Virus record (IMG/VR): IMGVR_UViG_3300025141_010453
Coordinates: 30,013-94,012 of that record
Origin: a virus
Reading direction: 5' to 3' (one strand)
Length of the DNA stretch: 64,000 nt
The notes under the pieces were generated by a model that was not told the DNA's origin, searched no databases, and was given only the letters and a program-made list of their open reading frames with translations. Position 1 is the stretch's first letter, and the number at the start of each line of letters is the position of its first letter. A program made the position numbers and the translations under genes. This document shows, in pieces, positions 1 to 9,905 of this stretch.

Positions 1-404
1 TATTTAGAGTGCCTCAATTAATAGGAAAAAAAGGAAATAATAATAATCTTATTAATTCTCTAGTTAATACACTAAAAAATAAACAAGAATTTAATGTTTA
101 TGGTAACGTAAAAAGAGCTATTATTGACGTGGTAGACCTTATTAATTTAGTAGCTTATTGTAAGGATAAAATTACTTGTGCCACTATTAATATCTCAGGT
201 ATAGAAAAATTAGCAGTTATTGACTTATACAAAAAAATTGGCTATATTTTGAAGATGAAACCTATCATAAAAATTAAAAAAGGGACTGAAAATGACGGGT
301 GGACTTTATTATCTAGTGCTATTTTTAATGACTACATGAATGACTTAAAAATCGAGTCTACTGGATATACAGAAAAAATAATAAAAAAATATATAAAAAA
401 TTAA
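1..404 (+). CDS. NAD-dependent epimerase/dehydratase-like protein, C-terminal part (5' truncated by window edge)
   Basis: Frame is open from the window start (FRVPQLIG...); R-x-IID motif resembles the C-terminal half of extended SDR proteins; first gene of the glycan island. Confidence 0.5.
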   Translation, partial: FRVPQLIGKKGNNNNLINSLVNTLKNKQEFNVYGNVKRAIIDVVDLINLVAYCKDKITCATINISGIEKLAVIDLYKKIGYILKMKPIIKIKKGTENDGWTLLSSAIFNDYMNDLKIESTGYTEKIIKKYIKN

Positions 405-407
405 TAT

Positions 408-1130
408 ATGGTAATCCTAACTGGTTTTTATAATGCAGAAAATTATATCGAGAGGTGTTTAAATACTATAATGAATCAACATTATAAAGATTTTACTTGT
501 TATATTACTCACGACCATTCTACGGATAACTCAGTCAAATTAGTTAAAGAATTCATAAAAAATGATGATAGATTTATATTAGTAAAAAAAAATAATAAAA
601 AATTATACCAGGCTGGAAATTTTGATACTGTTATTCGTAATAATCCTAATATAAAGGATAATGAAATTCTAATAGAGGTAGATGGTGATGATTATCTCCC
701 AGATAGAGATGTTTTTACTAGAATAAATGAACTATATAAAAATGAGGATGTTTGGGTTGCAAATGGTAGCTTTAAATACTCTAATGGGCATCACGGCTTT
801 TCTTCGAGACAAACTGGATTTGATAACTTACGACAGGCACGATTCACTGCCTCTCATATTAGAACCTGGAGAGCTTTTTTATGGAGAAATATAAAAGAAG
901 ATGACTTACGAGATGAAAATGGGGATTATTGGCAATGGAGTGGTGACCTATGTTTTATGTATCCAATGTTAGAAATGGCCGGAGAAGAACACTATAGATT
1001 TATGACTGAAATAAATTATGTTTATAATGAAGAAAATCCTATAAATGAACATAAAATAGATATGACTATGGTTACAGACTACGCAAGTAGGATAAGAAAT
1101 AAATCTCCTTATAAAAAATTGGAATTATGA
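408..1130 (+). CDS. Glycosyltransferase family 2
   Basis: YNAENYIERCL, D-H-S-T-D and VDGDD (DxD) GT-A motifs. Confidence 0.85.
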   Translation: MVILTGFYNAENYIERCLNTIMNQHYKDFTCYITHDHSTDNSVKLVKEFIKNDDRFILVKKNNKKLYQAGNFDTVIRNNPNIKDNEILIEVDGDDYLPDRDVFTRINELYKNEDVWVANGSFKYSNGHHGFSSRQTGFDNLRQARFTASHIRTWRAFLWRNIKEDDLRDENGDYWQWSGDLCFMYPMLEMAGEEHYRFMTEINYVYNEENPINEHKIDMTMVTDYASRIRNKSPYKKLEL

Positions 1131-2020
1131 AAAAAGTAATCGTAACAGGAGGTGCAGGGTTTATTGGTTCACATTTAGTGGATAGATTGGTGGGTGATGG
1201 CTTAGAAGTTATTGTATTAGATAATTTATCTACTGGGAAAAAAGAAAATGTAAATCCTAAAGCACAATTAGTTATGTGTGACATATCTAAAGCCTGTAGT
1301 GATTTTATTCTTCATACTCTAGAAGGGGTTGATACTATCTTTCATTTGGCGGCAACACCACAAGTACAATACTCTATAGAAAATCCTACAGATAATAATA
1401 ATTTAAACTCTATTATTAATATTTTAGAAGCTTCTCGTTTAAGTGATGTAAAAAGAGTAATATTTAGTAGTAGTTCTGCTTTATATGGGGAACCAGAATA
1501 TGTGCCCATAGATGAATCTCATCCAGTTAATCCATTAAGTCCTTATGCTTTACATAAATTAGTGGGAGAACAATATTGTAAACTATATTCCAACATTTAT
1601 GACTTAGACACAGTATGTTTAAGATACTTTAATGTTTATGGTAACAGAATGAATAATGAAGGAGCTTATAAAAATGTTATATCTGTTTTTATAGAACAAA
1701 CTAAAAATAAAGAAGCTCTTAATATAGTTAATGATGGAGAACAAAAAAGAGACTATGTACATGTAAATGATATAGTAGAAGCTAATATTTTAGCGGCAAC
1801 ACATTTAGAAAAATTAAAAGGGGCTATATTCAATGTTGGGACATCAACAGCTCATTCCGTCAATGAAATAGCATCATTTTTTGGTGGTGAAAAAAAATAT
1901 GGTGAGAAAAGAATTGAACCCAAAAACTCAATAGCTGAAAATAATAAACTACTAACTACTTTAGATTGGGCCCCTCGTGCTAACTTAAAAGAATGGATAA
2001 AAAATTGTATAAAAAGTTAA
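1127..2020 (+). CDS. NAD-dependent nucleotide-sugar epimerase/dehydratase (UDP-glucose 4-epimerase-like)
   Basis: TGGAGFIGSH, SSSS and YxxxK (YALHK), LRYFNVYG. Confidence 0.9.
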   Translation: MKKVIVTGGAGFIGSHLVDRLVGDGLEVIVLDNLSTGKKENVNPKAQLVMCDISKACSDFILHTLEGVDTIFHLAATPQVQYSIENPTDNNNLNSIINILEASRLSDVKRVIFSSSSALYGEPEYVPIDESHPVNPLSPYALHKLVGEQYCKLYSNIYDLDTVCLRYFNVYGNRMNNEGAYKNVISVFIEQTKNKEALNIVNDGEQKRDYVHVNDIVEANILAATHLEKLKGAIFNVGTSTAHSVNEIASFFGGEKKYGEKRIEPKNSIAENNKLLTTLDWAPRANLKEWIKNCIKS

Positions 2021-2022
2021 AA

Positions 2023-3324
2023 ATGAAAGAAATAGATAATATATTACCGTCACTTTTAAGTTATCTTAAAGAAAACAAACCTAAATATCTTTATAATCAA
2101 GCATTTGTACCAGGTGAAAGTCAAGTATTGTATTCTGGTCCTTATTGGGATGAAGAAGAAATTATGGCTGCTATTAAAACATTTATTGAGGGTAAATGGG
2201 TGGTAGCTGGTGAAAATGTTAATAAATTTGAACGCGCATTTGGAAAATTATTTGGTGCTAAATTTGTTCAAATGGTGAACTCTGGTAGTTCCGCTAATTT
2301 AGTTTTAATAGCTTCATTAAAAAAATATTTTGGTTGGGACGATGGTGATGAGATTATTGTTTCTCCTGTGGGATTCCCAACTACTATATCAGTATTAGTT
2401 CAAAATAATTTAACTCCAGTGTTTGTAGACATAGAATACACTACACTTAATTTTGATATTACTAAAATAGAGGAAAAGATAACTTCTAAAACAAAGGCAA
2501 TTTTTGTGTCTCCTGTACTTGGTAATGTACCTGATATGGATTTTTTAACTGAATTATGTGAAAAACATAATATTAAATTAATAGGGGATAGCTGTGATAG
2601 TATTGGGTCCAAATGGGATGGTAAACATCTAAGTGAGTATTATGTAGCATGGACCTCATCATTTTATCCTGCTCATCATATTTCTACTGGTGAAGGTGGA
2701 GCGGTATGTACTAATATACCTAAATTAAAAAGACTTTTTACTAGTTTTGCATGGTGGGGTAGAGATTGTTATTGTGTTGGGGCCAAAAACTTATTATCTT
2801 GCGGTACGTGTGGTAAAAGATTTAGTAGATGGTTAGAATCATATGATGGAATAATAGACCATAAATATGTTTTTACCAATATGGGATATAACTTAAAACC
2901 TATGGACTTACAAGGTTCTATTGGTCTAGTTCAATTAAAGAAATTTGAGGATATAGACACCAATAGAAAACATAGTAAAAACACTATAGAGTCTATTTTC
3001 CTAAAATACGTAGATGGGATTAAAGGGGTATCGATGTTACCTAAAGCAGATACTTGTTGGTTCGGAACACCATTTATTTGTGATAATAAACAGTTAAAGA
3101 ATAAACTGGTAGCTTTTCTAGAAGAAAACAAAATTCAAACCAGAAATTATTTTGCCGGCAATATATTAATACATCCAGGTTATAAACATTTAGATGATTT
3201 AAGAAACTACCCTAATGCTAATAAAGTTTTAGATAAAGTATTCTTCGTAGGTGCAGCGCCACATTATACAGAAGAAGTGTTTGATTATATAGAAAGTATA
3301 TTTATGAATAAATGGGAAAATTAA
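2023..3324 (+). CDS. rfbH: CDP-4-keto-6-deoxy-D-glucose 3-dehydrase (RfbH/DdhC, DegT family)
   Basis: VNSGSSANL; SFYPAHHISTGEGG with His in place of the Schiff-base Lys; GRDCYC...CG Fe-S cysteines; DHKY..GYNLK. ATG 2023 preferred over 1993. Confidence 0.85.
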   Translation: MKEIDNILPSLLSYLKENKPKYLYNQAFVPGESQVLYSGPYWDEEEIMAAIKTFIEGKWVVAGENVNKFERAFGKLFGAKFVQMVNSGSSANLVLIASLKKYFGWDDGDEIIVSPVGFPTTISVLVQNNLTPVFVDIEYTTLNFDITKIEEKITSKTKAIFVSPVLGNVPDMDFLTELCEKHNIKLIGDSCDSIGSKWDGKHLSEYYVAWTSSFYPAHHISTGEGGAVCTNIPKLKRLFTSFAWWGRDCYCVGAKNLLSCGTCGKRFSRWLESYDGIIDHKYVFTNMGYNLKPMDLQGSIGLVQLKKFEDIDTNRKHSKNTIESIFLKYVDGIKGVSMLPKADTCWFGTPFICDNKQLKNKLVAFLEENKIQTRNYFAGNILIHPGYKHLDDLRNYPNANKVLDKVFFVGAAPHYTEEVFDYIESIFMNKWEN

Positions 3325-4028
3325 AAGTTTTAATATTAGGTGACGGATTACTGGGTTCAGAAATCATTAAACAAACTGAATGGGATTATATTTCCAGGAA
3401 AGAACATGGTTTTGATATTACTGATATAGGCACCTATCACTTACTTACAACTGTAGAATTTGGCTCAATCCAACATTGTAAATATGATGTTATACTTAAT
3501 GGTATTGCAAATACCAATACTTATAGTGAAGAGAAGGATTCTCATTGGGGGGTTAATTATAAGGGGGTGCACAACTTAATAGATTTTTGTAATAAATGGA
3601 ATGTTAAGTTGGTTCATATTTCTACTGATTATGTTTATTCTAATTCTGATTCGGAAGCCACAGAAGACACTGTACCAGTTCATTGTAATAATTGGTATGG
3701 GTACACCAAATTGTTAGGAGACGGGTTAGTACAATTAAACTCTAAACATTATCTTTTATGTAGATGTACTCATAAACCAAAACCCTTCCCGTATGAGTCC
3801 GCTTGGATTGACCAGGTTGGGAACTTTGATTATGTAACAGATATTGCGGAACTTATAATTTCTATGATAACCAATAATTTGGACGGGGTGTATAACGTTG
3901 GTACCGAAATGAAAACAATCTATGAATTAGCTTCTAAAACCTCAAAAGTTAAAAAAATATATGCTCCACCACATGTGCCTAAAAATTTATCAATGAATAT
4001 AACAAAAATGAAAAACGATTTAAAATGA
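3312..4028 (+). CDS. RmlD-like NDP-4-keto-sugar reductase
   Basis: LGDGLLG, HISTDYVY, YGYTK. Confidence 0.8.
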   Translation: MGKLKVLILGDGLLGSEIIKQTEWDYISRKEHGFDITDIGTYHLLTTVEFGSIQHCKYDVILNGIANTNTYSEEKDSHWGVNYKGVHNLIDFCNKWNVKLVHISTDYVYSNSDSEATEDTVPVHCNNWYGYTKLLGDGLVQLNSKHYLLCRCTHKPKPFPYESAWIDQVGNFDYVTDIAELIISMITNNLDGVYNVGTEMKTIYELASKTSKVKKIYAPPHVPKNLSMNITKMKNDLK

Positions 4029-4714
4029 AACCATTTTTTTCAATAGCAATTCCAACCTATGAAATGCATGGTCTCGGTACCGAATTTTTAGAATTCACCT
4101 TTCAATCTTTAAGAAAACAAACCTTCCAAGATTTTGAGGTTATAGTATCAGACCATAGTTCTAATGACTCTATTAAAACCCTTTGTGGTGATTGGGAAAA
4201 GGTTAAATATTTTAAAAATGAAAATGGTGTGGGTAAATCTTCAACTAATATAAATTATGCAATAAAGCAATGTTCTGGTGAATGGATTAAAATATTATTT
4301 CAAGATGATTTTTTATTTAACGATTCAGCATTAGAAATAATGTATAATCATATATTAAAAAATAAAGAAAGTAACTGGTTAATAAGTGCTTGTGAACACA
4401 GTAATGATGGAATTAATATGTATAGACCATTTTATCCTAAATGGAATGATAGAATGCATTTAGGGATTAATACATTTAGTTCACCAAGTGTCTTAACATT
4501 TAAAAATAATAATGTATTATTATTTGATGAGAGGTTGGTTTGGTTAATGGATGTTGAGTATTATAAAAGAATGTATGATTTATATGGTGAACCATCTTAT
4601 TTAAATGAGGTTACCATAGTAAATAGAACATGGGTAAATCAAGTTTCTAATATTTTAAATGAAAAAATTAAGAATTATGAGTTGGATTTGGTCACTAAAA
4701 AATATGTAAATTAA
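4025..4714 (+). CDS. Glycosyltransferase family 2
   Basis: FSIAIPTY, EVIVSDHS, LFQDD. Confidence 0.85.
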   Translation: MKPFFSIAIPTYEMHGLGTEFLEFTFQSLRKQTFQDFEVIVSDHSSNDSIKTLCGDWEKVKYFKNENGVGKSSTNINYAIKQCSGEWIKILFQDDFLFNDSALEIMYNHILKNKESNWLISACEHSNDGINMYRPFYPKWNDRMHLGINTFSSPSVLTFKNNNVLLFDERLVWLMDVEYYKRMYDLYGEPSYLNEVTIVNRTWVNQVSNILNEKIKNYELDLVTKKYVN

Positions 4715-4716
4715 AA

Positions 4717-6384
4717 ATGGACAAATTTAAAGTATTACTTATGTACCCAAACGAGCCGATGGTTGGGGTTATTCCTAGTAATTTAGCGTATCTATCTGCA
4801 TGTTTAAAAGAAGCGGGTCATGATGTTAGATTATTTGATACATCATTATACAAATCTATTAGGTATGCTCCCAGACGTGATAACTGGAATCAACAGAAAG
4901 AGACAACAAAATCATTTGATTCTGTAAGTAGTCAAGATGAGTTAAGGACTAAAATGGGCCATGTAAAAACTTCTAATGTGGGAGATTATCAAAAAATGCG
5001 TGAGACTAGTCCTCACAGCGATTTTGCAGATTTGGTGGAAGACTGGAAACCTAATTTAATCGCCACTACAACAGTTGATAGCACAATAGAATTTACTTGG
5101 GAATTTATAGAGGAGATTAGAGGGAAGAGGCCTAAAGTAATAATGGGTGGAGTAGGAGCTACATTTAACTATGACAGAATTTTAAATTCTGGGTATGTTG
5201 ATTATGTTAATGTAGGAGAAGGAGAAGGTTCTTTACCTGAATTATGTGGAAGATTGCAACGTAATGAAGATTGTTATGATATAAAGAATATATACCTCAA
5301 AGGTCCAGATGGTAAGATAATTACGAATCCTCAACGTCCTAGGACGGATATAGATGAATTGCCGATGCCTGATTTTTCTATATATGAAGAACAACGATTC
5401 TATAGACCATTTATGGGTAGAGTGGTAAGAATGGTACAAATTGATTGGGATAGAGGATGCCCATACCAATGTACATATTGTGCAGCACCAGCAATTGTAG
5501 CCAATAATAGAAAGGAAAAAATTGGAAATTATTATAGGGTTAAGAATGAAGATAAAATATTCGAAGAAATGAAATTCTTAATTAAAACATATAGTCTAGA
5601 TTTTATGTATATTAGTTCTGAAACGTTATGTATTATCCCATGGGAGAAATTTAAACGATTAGGTGAGAGATATATTAAAGAAATAGGATTACCATTTTGG
5701 TGTCAGAGTAGATTAGATAGTTTTACAGAGGAAAGAACAGAATTATTAAAAAGAATGGGCTGTCAATCAGTATCGGTAGGCCTTGAGCATGGAAGTGAAA
5801 AAGTGAGAATGGGAATATTAAGAAAACAATTAAGAAATGATAAAGTATTAGATGGGTTTAAAACTCTTGCAAAATATAATATCCGTCCCACTGTTAACAG
5901 TATGATGGGACTTCCAGATGAAACTCGAGAAGAAGTATTTGAAACATTAGAATTAAATAGAAAAATTGCAAAAATATTAAAAGGTAATCGTAATCTAAAT
6001 ATTTTTACATTTGTGCCATTCCACGGAACAGCTCTGCGAACAATGTGTATAAATAAAGGTTATGTGAATCCAGAGGAACCAATACCATTTTCTTTCTATA
6101 AAGAAAGTATGTTAACTATGCCTCAACTATCAAAAGAAGAAATTGCTGGATTAGAAAAAACTGCTCATCTGTACATAGAATTACCTAAATCATATTATCC
6201 TAAAATAAAAATAGCTGAAAAGGATGATAAAAAAGGTAGAAAAATGTTTGACGAACTAAGTAATATTTTCCAAAAAATAAAGGCAAAACAGGACGATGCA
6301 TTAAATGTTACTGTTGAAGAGGACCATTTAAGTAGCCCAATGGTTAATTTTGGTGGGAAAATAGATTTGACAGGAGATTATTAG
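4717..6384 (+). CDS. B12-binding radical SAM enzyme (class B methyltransferase-like)
   Basis: N-terminal cobalamin-binding region (LAYLSACLKEAGH, MGGVGAT, GEGE), RGCPYQCTYC, GLEHGS, GLPDET. Confidence 0.85.
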   Translation: MDKFKVLLMYPNEPMVGVIPSNLAYLSACLKEAGHDVRLFDTSLYKSIRYAPRRDNWNQQKETTKSFDSVSSQDELRTKMGHVKTSNVGDYQKMRETSPHSDFADLVEDWKPNLIATTTVDSTIEFTWEFIEEIRGKRPKVIMGGVGATFNYDRILNSGYVDYVNVGEGEGSLPELCGRLQRNEDCYDIKNIYLKGPDGKIITNPQRPRTDIDELPMPDFSIYEEQRFYRPFMGRVVRMVQIDWDRGCPYQCTYCAAPAIVANNRKEKIGNYYRVKNEDKIFEEMKFLIKTYSLDFMYISSETLCIIPWEKFKRLGERYIKEIGLPFWCQSRLDSFTEERTELLKRMGCQSVSVGLEHGSEKVRMGILRKQLRNDKVLDGFKTLAKYNIRPTVNSMMGLPDETREEVFETLELNRKIAKILKGNRNLNIFTFVPFHGTALRTMCINKGYVNPEEPIPFSFYKESMLTMPQLSKEEIAGLEKTAHLYIELPKSYYPKIKIAEKDDKKGRKMFDELSNIFQKIKAKQDDALNVTVEEDHLSSPMVNFGGKIDLTGDY

Positions 6385-6390
6385 AATAAT

Positions 6391-7068
6391 ATGTTTATAA
6401 TACCTAGTAAATATGTCCCAGATGTAAGCCCCTTATTCAAATGTGTTGAATCAATAACAAAATTTCATCCGACAGAAAAAATAATTGTGGTGGATTCGTA
6501 TTCTGATGATGATTCATATTTAAAAGACTTTGAGAAGTACGATAATGTAATCGTATCAAAATATAAAAATAAACATTACGAATGTGGTGCGTTGTACTAT
6601 GCTTATAAAGAATTCCCAAATGAACAATTCTATGCTTTAATTCAAGATTCAATTATCCTAAAAACTAATTGGAGTGAATTTATTCATGATGATATAACTT
6701 ATAATCTGATGTGGTTTCAAGAAGCGGGTCCATTTTTAGAGCCCCAATTTAACTACCTTAAAGAGGTATTAGAAAAAACCGACTATCTTCCTCACGAAAA
6801 TACTGGCCATAAAGGCACATATGGTATGTTAGGGGTATATAAAAAAGATGTTATAGAAACTTTTATTAATAAAGGATTATTAGAAGTGTTATTACCAATA
6901 GATAAATTCGGTTCTCAGATGACTGAAAGAATTGCCGGTATATGTTTAACACAAGACGGTCAAGATATAGTCACCAATTCTATCGAAGGTGATTTTTTAT
7001 CCAAAGTTTCTCAACTAAATAATCACGAATTAAAATATTTTAAAAAATTCTATATGGGAAGACAATAA
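6391..7068 (+). CDS. Putative glycosyltransferase (GT-A-like)
   Basis: IIVVDSYSDD and LIQDS motifs; island context. Confidence 0.5.
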   Translation: MFIIPSKYVPDVSPLFKCVESITKFHPTEKIIVVDSYSDDDSYLKDFEKYDNVIVSKYKNKHYECGALYYAYKEFPNEQFYALIQDSIILKTNWSEFIHDDITYNLMWFQEAGPFLEPQFNYLKEVLEKTDYLPHENTGHKGTYGMLGVYKKDVIETFINKGLLEVLLPIDKFGSQMTERIAGICLTQDGQDIVTNSIEGDFLSKVSQLNNHELKYFKKFYMGRQ

Positions 7069-7086
7069 AATAGTCTTCTTCCTCCT

Positions 7087-7115
7087 TTGACATATTAAAT
7101 TTTTCGTGTTATAAT
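7087..7115 (+). promoter_or_regulatory. Perfect sigma70-type promoter TTGACA-N17-TATAAT with extended -10 TG
   Basis: TTGACA 7087-7092, TG 7107-7108, TATAAT 7110-7115 in the only sizeable intergenic gap of the island. Confidence 0.75.
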
Positions 7116-7148
7116 TAATGATATAAAATTAAATAAACAAAATAAAAA

Positions 7149-7625
7149 ATGAGCAAATTCGAACACGTAAAAGATAAATTTATTAAAGCATCACTAGAAG
7201 ATTATAAAGAAGTTATTGATAAAGCAAAACCAGATAACTTATCTGTAAGTAATTACAGGGTAGAAAAACCATGGGGTTATGAATTGTGGTTGGAGTTAAA
7301 TGAATTTTATGCTTATAAAGTTATTCATATGGAAAAGGGTAATAGATGTAGTTTACAATCTCATGATTACAAAATAGAAGCAAACTACGTTATTGAGGGT
7401 GAAGCAGAAGTACTTTTAGAAAATGATGAAGGGGTTATGGAATCAAAAATATACACGGTTGGAACTGGCTGGACTGTACCTTTAAATAGAAAACATAGAG
7501 TCGTAGCCAAAGAAAGTTATACAGCGTTAGAAGTATCAACCCCTCATCTTAACGATGTAGTAAGATTTGAAGATGATACAAATAGAGCGTCAGGTAAAAT
7601 AGAAAGAGAACATGGTGTTAAATAA
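7149..7625 (+). CDS. Cupin (mannose-6-phosphate isomerase C-terminal-like)
   Basis: VEKPWGYE, SLQSH..K.E, H-R, EVST. Confidence 0.8.
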   Translation: MSKFEHVKDKFIKASLEDYKEVIDKAKPDNLSVSNYRVEKPWGYELWLELNEFYAYKVIHMEKGNRCSLQSHDYKIEANYVIEGEAEVLLENDEGVMESKIYTVGTGWTVPLNRKHRVVAKESYTALEVSTPHLNDVVRFEDDTNRASGKIEREHGVK

Positions 7626-9279
7626 AACCATATATTGTAAGATATGTAATAGAGATGTAGAATATTGTACTGATTATGTCGGTGACAAACATTCTCTAGT
7701 TAAGTTTTGTAATATTTGTGATAGTAGGATAGAGGAGGATTATAAATTTTGTATTCTAGCAGCTGGAAAAGGTAGTAGAAATACTACTGTAGAAGGTCTT
7801 CATAAAGCTTTATTACCATTAGAAAATAAAGCAGTAATTTCTCGTATAATAGACAGTGTACCAAAGGAAATAGAGATAGTAATCGCATTAGGGTATAAAG
7901 CGGAACAAGTAAAAACTTATATAGAAGAAGTTTTTCCTAAAAGAGATATTACATTTGTAGAAGTAAAAAATTATGATGGTCCAGGTTCAGGACCAGGATT
8001 AAGTTTACTAGAATGTAAAGAACATTTACAAACACCATTTATATTTACTTCAGCTGACACTCTGATAGAAGAGAACTTCATATTTGACACATTAAAAGAA
8101 AATTGGCTCGGTACTTCTCATGTTAATATGGAAGATTCTTTAAAATATTGTTTAGTAAAAGGAAGTAAATATTTAGATAGACTATATTATGGAACTGGTA
8201 ATATAGCATATATAGGATTAGCTGGAATATATGATTATAAATCATATTGGAAAAATTTGGAAAACCACAATATCATTAAAGATGAATACCAGGTTATTCA
8301 TGGTTTTGATGAGTTAGATAAGGTAAAATTAGTGAACTTAACATGGTATGATACAGGTAATAATGAATCTTATCTTGAAACAAGAAAATCTTTTACTAAT
8401 GAAGTGGTGGCGATAAAAAATAAAGAAGCTCTTTTTATTGATAATAAAAAAGTAATAAAATACTACGATAAAAAAGATAAGGCTTTAAAGAGAATTGAGC
8501 GAACTAAGTATTTAAATAATTGTTCTCCTAAGGTAATGAAGTTAAATGATAACATGTATTCTTATGAATATATCGATGGTAAAATGTTATCTAATATTTG
8601 TGATGAACATACATTAAAAAAATGTTTAGATTTTTTCTACGAAACTTTTGGTAAAGACGAATATAATAAAACTAAAAAGTTTGCCCGTGACTGTATAAGG
8701 ATGTATAATGAGAAGACCTTTAACCGAATCAAAATATTTGAGGGTACTGGTCTTGATAAAATTAAATATATAAATGGTGTAGAAGTACAACCCATCAAAG
8801 AAATGTTAAATAGAGTAGATTGGGAAAAGATATACTCTAATGCTATACCAGCTAGATTTCACGGAGATTACCAACCAGAGAATATAATATATACGGGAAC
8901 TGAGTTTAAACTAATTGATTGGAGGGAATCTTTTGGTGATGATTTAGAAATAGGTGATTTATATTATGATTTAGGTAAATTACATCACGCGTTAACCATA
9001 AACGGCCAAGAGGTGTTAAAGAATAATTATGGGTATAAAATTAAAAAGGATACATGCACAGTTAATTACAGTATAAAAAGTAATTTATTAACTTTACTAG
9101 GGTACTTAGAAGATTTCTGTAAAGAAAAAAACTATAACTGGGGTAACGTTGAAATATTAAGTATATTACAGTATATTAGTATATCTTCTCTGTATCCAGA
9201 GTTTCATAATGGAGATTATGGAAGATTCCTATTCTTATTAGGAAAATACCAGCTAGCAAAAAAATTAAATATACGATGA
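7612..9279 (+). CDS. Fused NTP-transferase / APH-choline-kinase-like phosphotransferase with N-terminal CxxC..CxxC
   Basis: ILAAGKGSR..HKALLP and WYDTG (nucleotidyltransferase); FHGDYQPENI, LIDW, YYDLGKL (kinase fold). Confidence 0.8.
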   Translation: MVLNKTIYCKICNRDVEYCTDYVGDKHSLVKFCNICDSRIEEDYKFCILAAGKGSRNTTVEGLHKALLPLENKAVISRIIDSVPKEIEIVIALGYKAEQVKTYIEEVFPKRDITFVEVKNYDGPGSGPGLSLLECKEHLQTPFIFTSADTLIEENFIFDTLKENWLGTSHVNMEDSLKYCLVKGSKYLDRLYYGTGNIAYIGLAGIYDYKSYWKNLENHNIIKDEYQVIHGFDELDKVKLVNLTWYDTGNNESYLETRKSFTNEVVAIKNKEALFIDNKKVIKYYDKKDKALKRIERTKYLNNCSPKVMKLNDNMYSYEYIDGKMLSNICDEHTLKKCLDFFYETFGKDEYNKTKKFARDCIRMYNEKTFNRIKIFEGTGLDKIKYINGVEVQPIKEMLNRVDWEKIYSNAIPARFHGDYQPENIIYTGTEFKLIDWRESFGDDLEIGDLYYDLGKLHHALTINGQEVLKNNYGYKIKKDTCTVNYSIKSNLLTLLGYLEDFCKEKNYNWGNVEILSILQYISISSLYPEFHNGDYGRFLFLLGKYQLAKKLNIR

Positions 9280-9905
9280 AAGACTTAATAAGCACCTACA
9301 AAAAAGAATCTGCCGACGCCTTTATATCAATTAAAACAGAAGATATAGAAGCATTTGTAGATTTAATTATTGACGCTTATATTAATGAAAAAAAAGTATT
9401 TGCGTGTGGTAACGGAGGTAACGTAGCATCAGTACAAAATTTAGTATTAGATTTAAATATGCATCCATTTGTGTCTGAAGATAAATCACAAAGAAAGGGA
9501 AAAAGAAATAAGTTTCATGCTATTAGTTTATGTGAGTCAACCGCGGCAATTACTGGAATAGCTAATGACTTAGGTATGGATAATATATTTGTAGAACAAT
9601 TAAAGTATCAAGCAGGAAAGGGTGATATATTATTTGCAATGTCAGGTTCGGGTAATTCTAAAAATATAATAGAAGCTTTAAAAATAGCTAAAAAATTAGG
9701 GATGGTATGTGTGGTAATGACACGAAATAATAACACCAAATCAGACGATTATGCTGACCTTGTTCTCAGAATCACAAGTGATAAATCAGTATTCCCTGGA
9801 CAAACAGGAGGGAACAATAATAACTTCCATTATGAAGATTGTATCTCTAAAGTATCACATATCGCAGTAGGAATATTAAAACAATACGTAGAAAATGAAA
9901 ATTAA
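9276..9905 (+). CDS. SIS-domain sugar-phosphate isomerase, GmhA-like (divergent)
   Basis: CGNGGN, TGIAND, SGSGNSKNI. Confidence 0.75.
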   Translation: MKDLISTYKKESADAFISIKTEDIEAFVDLIIDAYINEKKVFACGNGGNVASVQNLVLDLNMHPFVSEDKSQRKGKRNKFHAISLCESTAAITGIANDLGMDNIFVEQLKYQAGKGDILFAMSGSGNSKNIIEALKIAKKLGMVCVVMTRNNNTKSDDYADLVLRITSDKSVFPGQTGGNNNNFHYEDCISKVSHIAVGILKQYVENEN

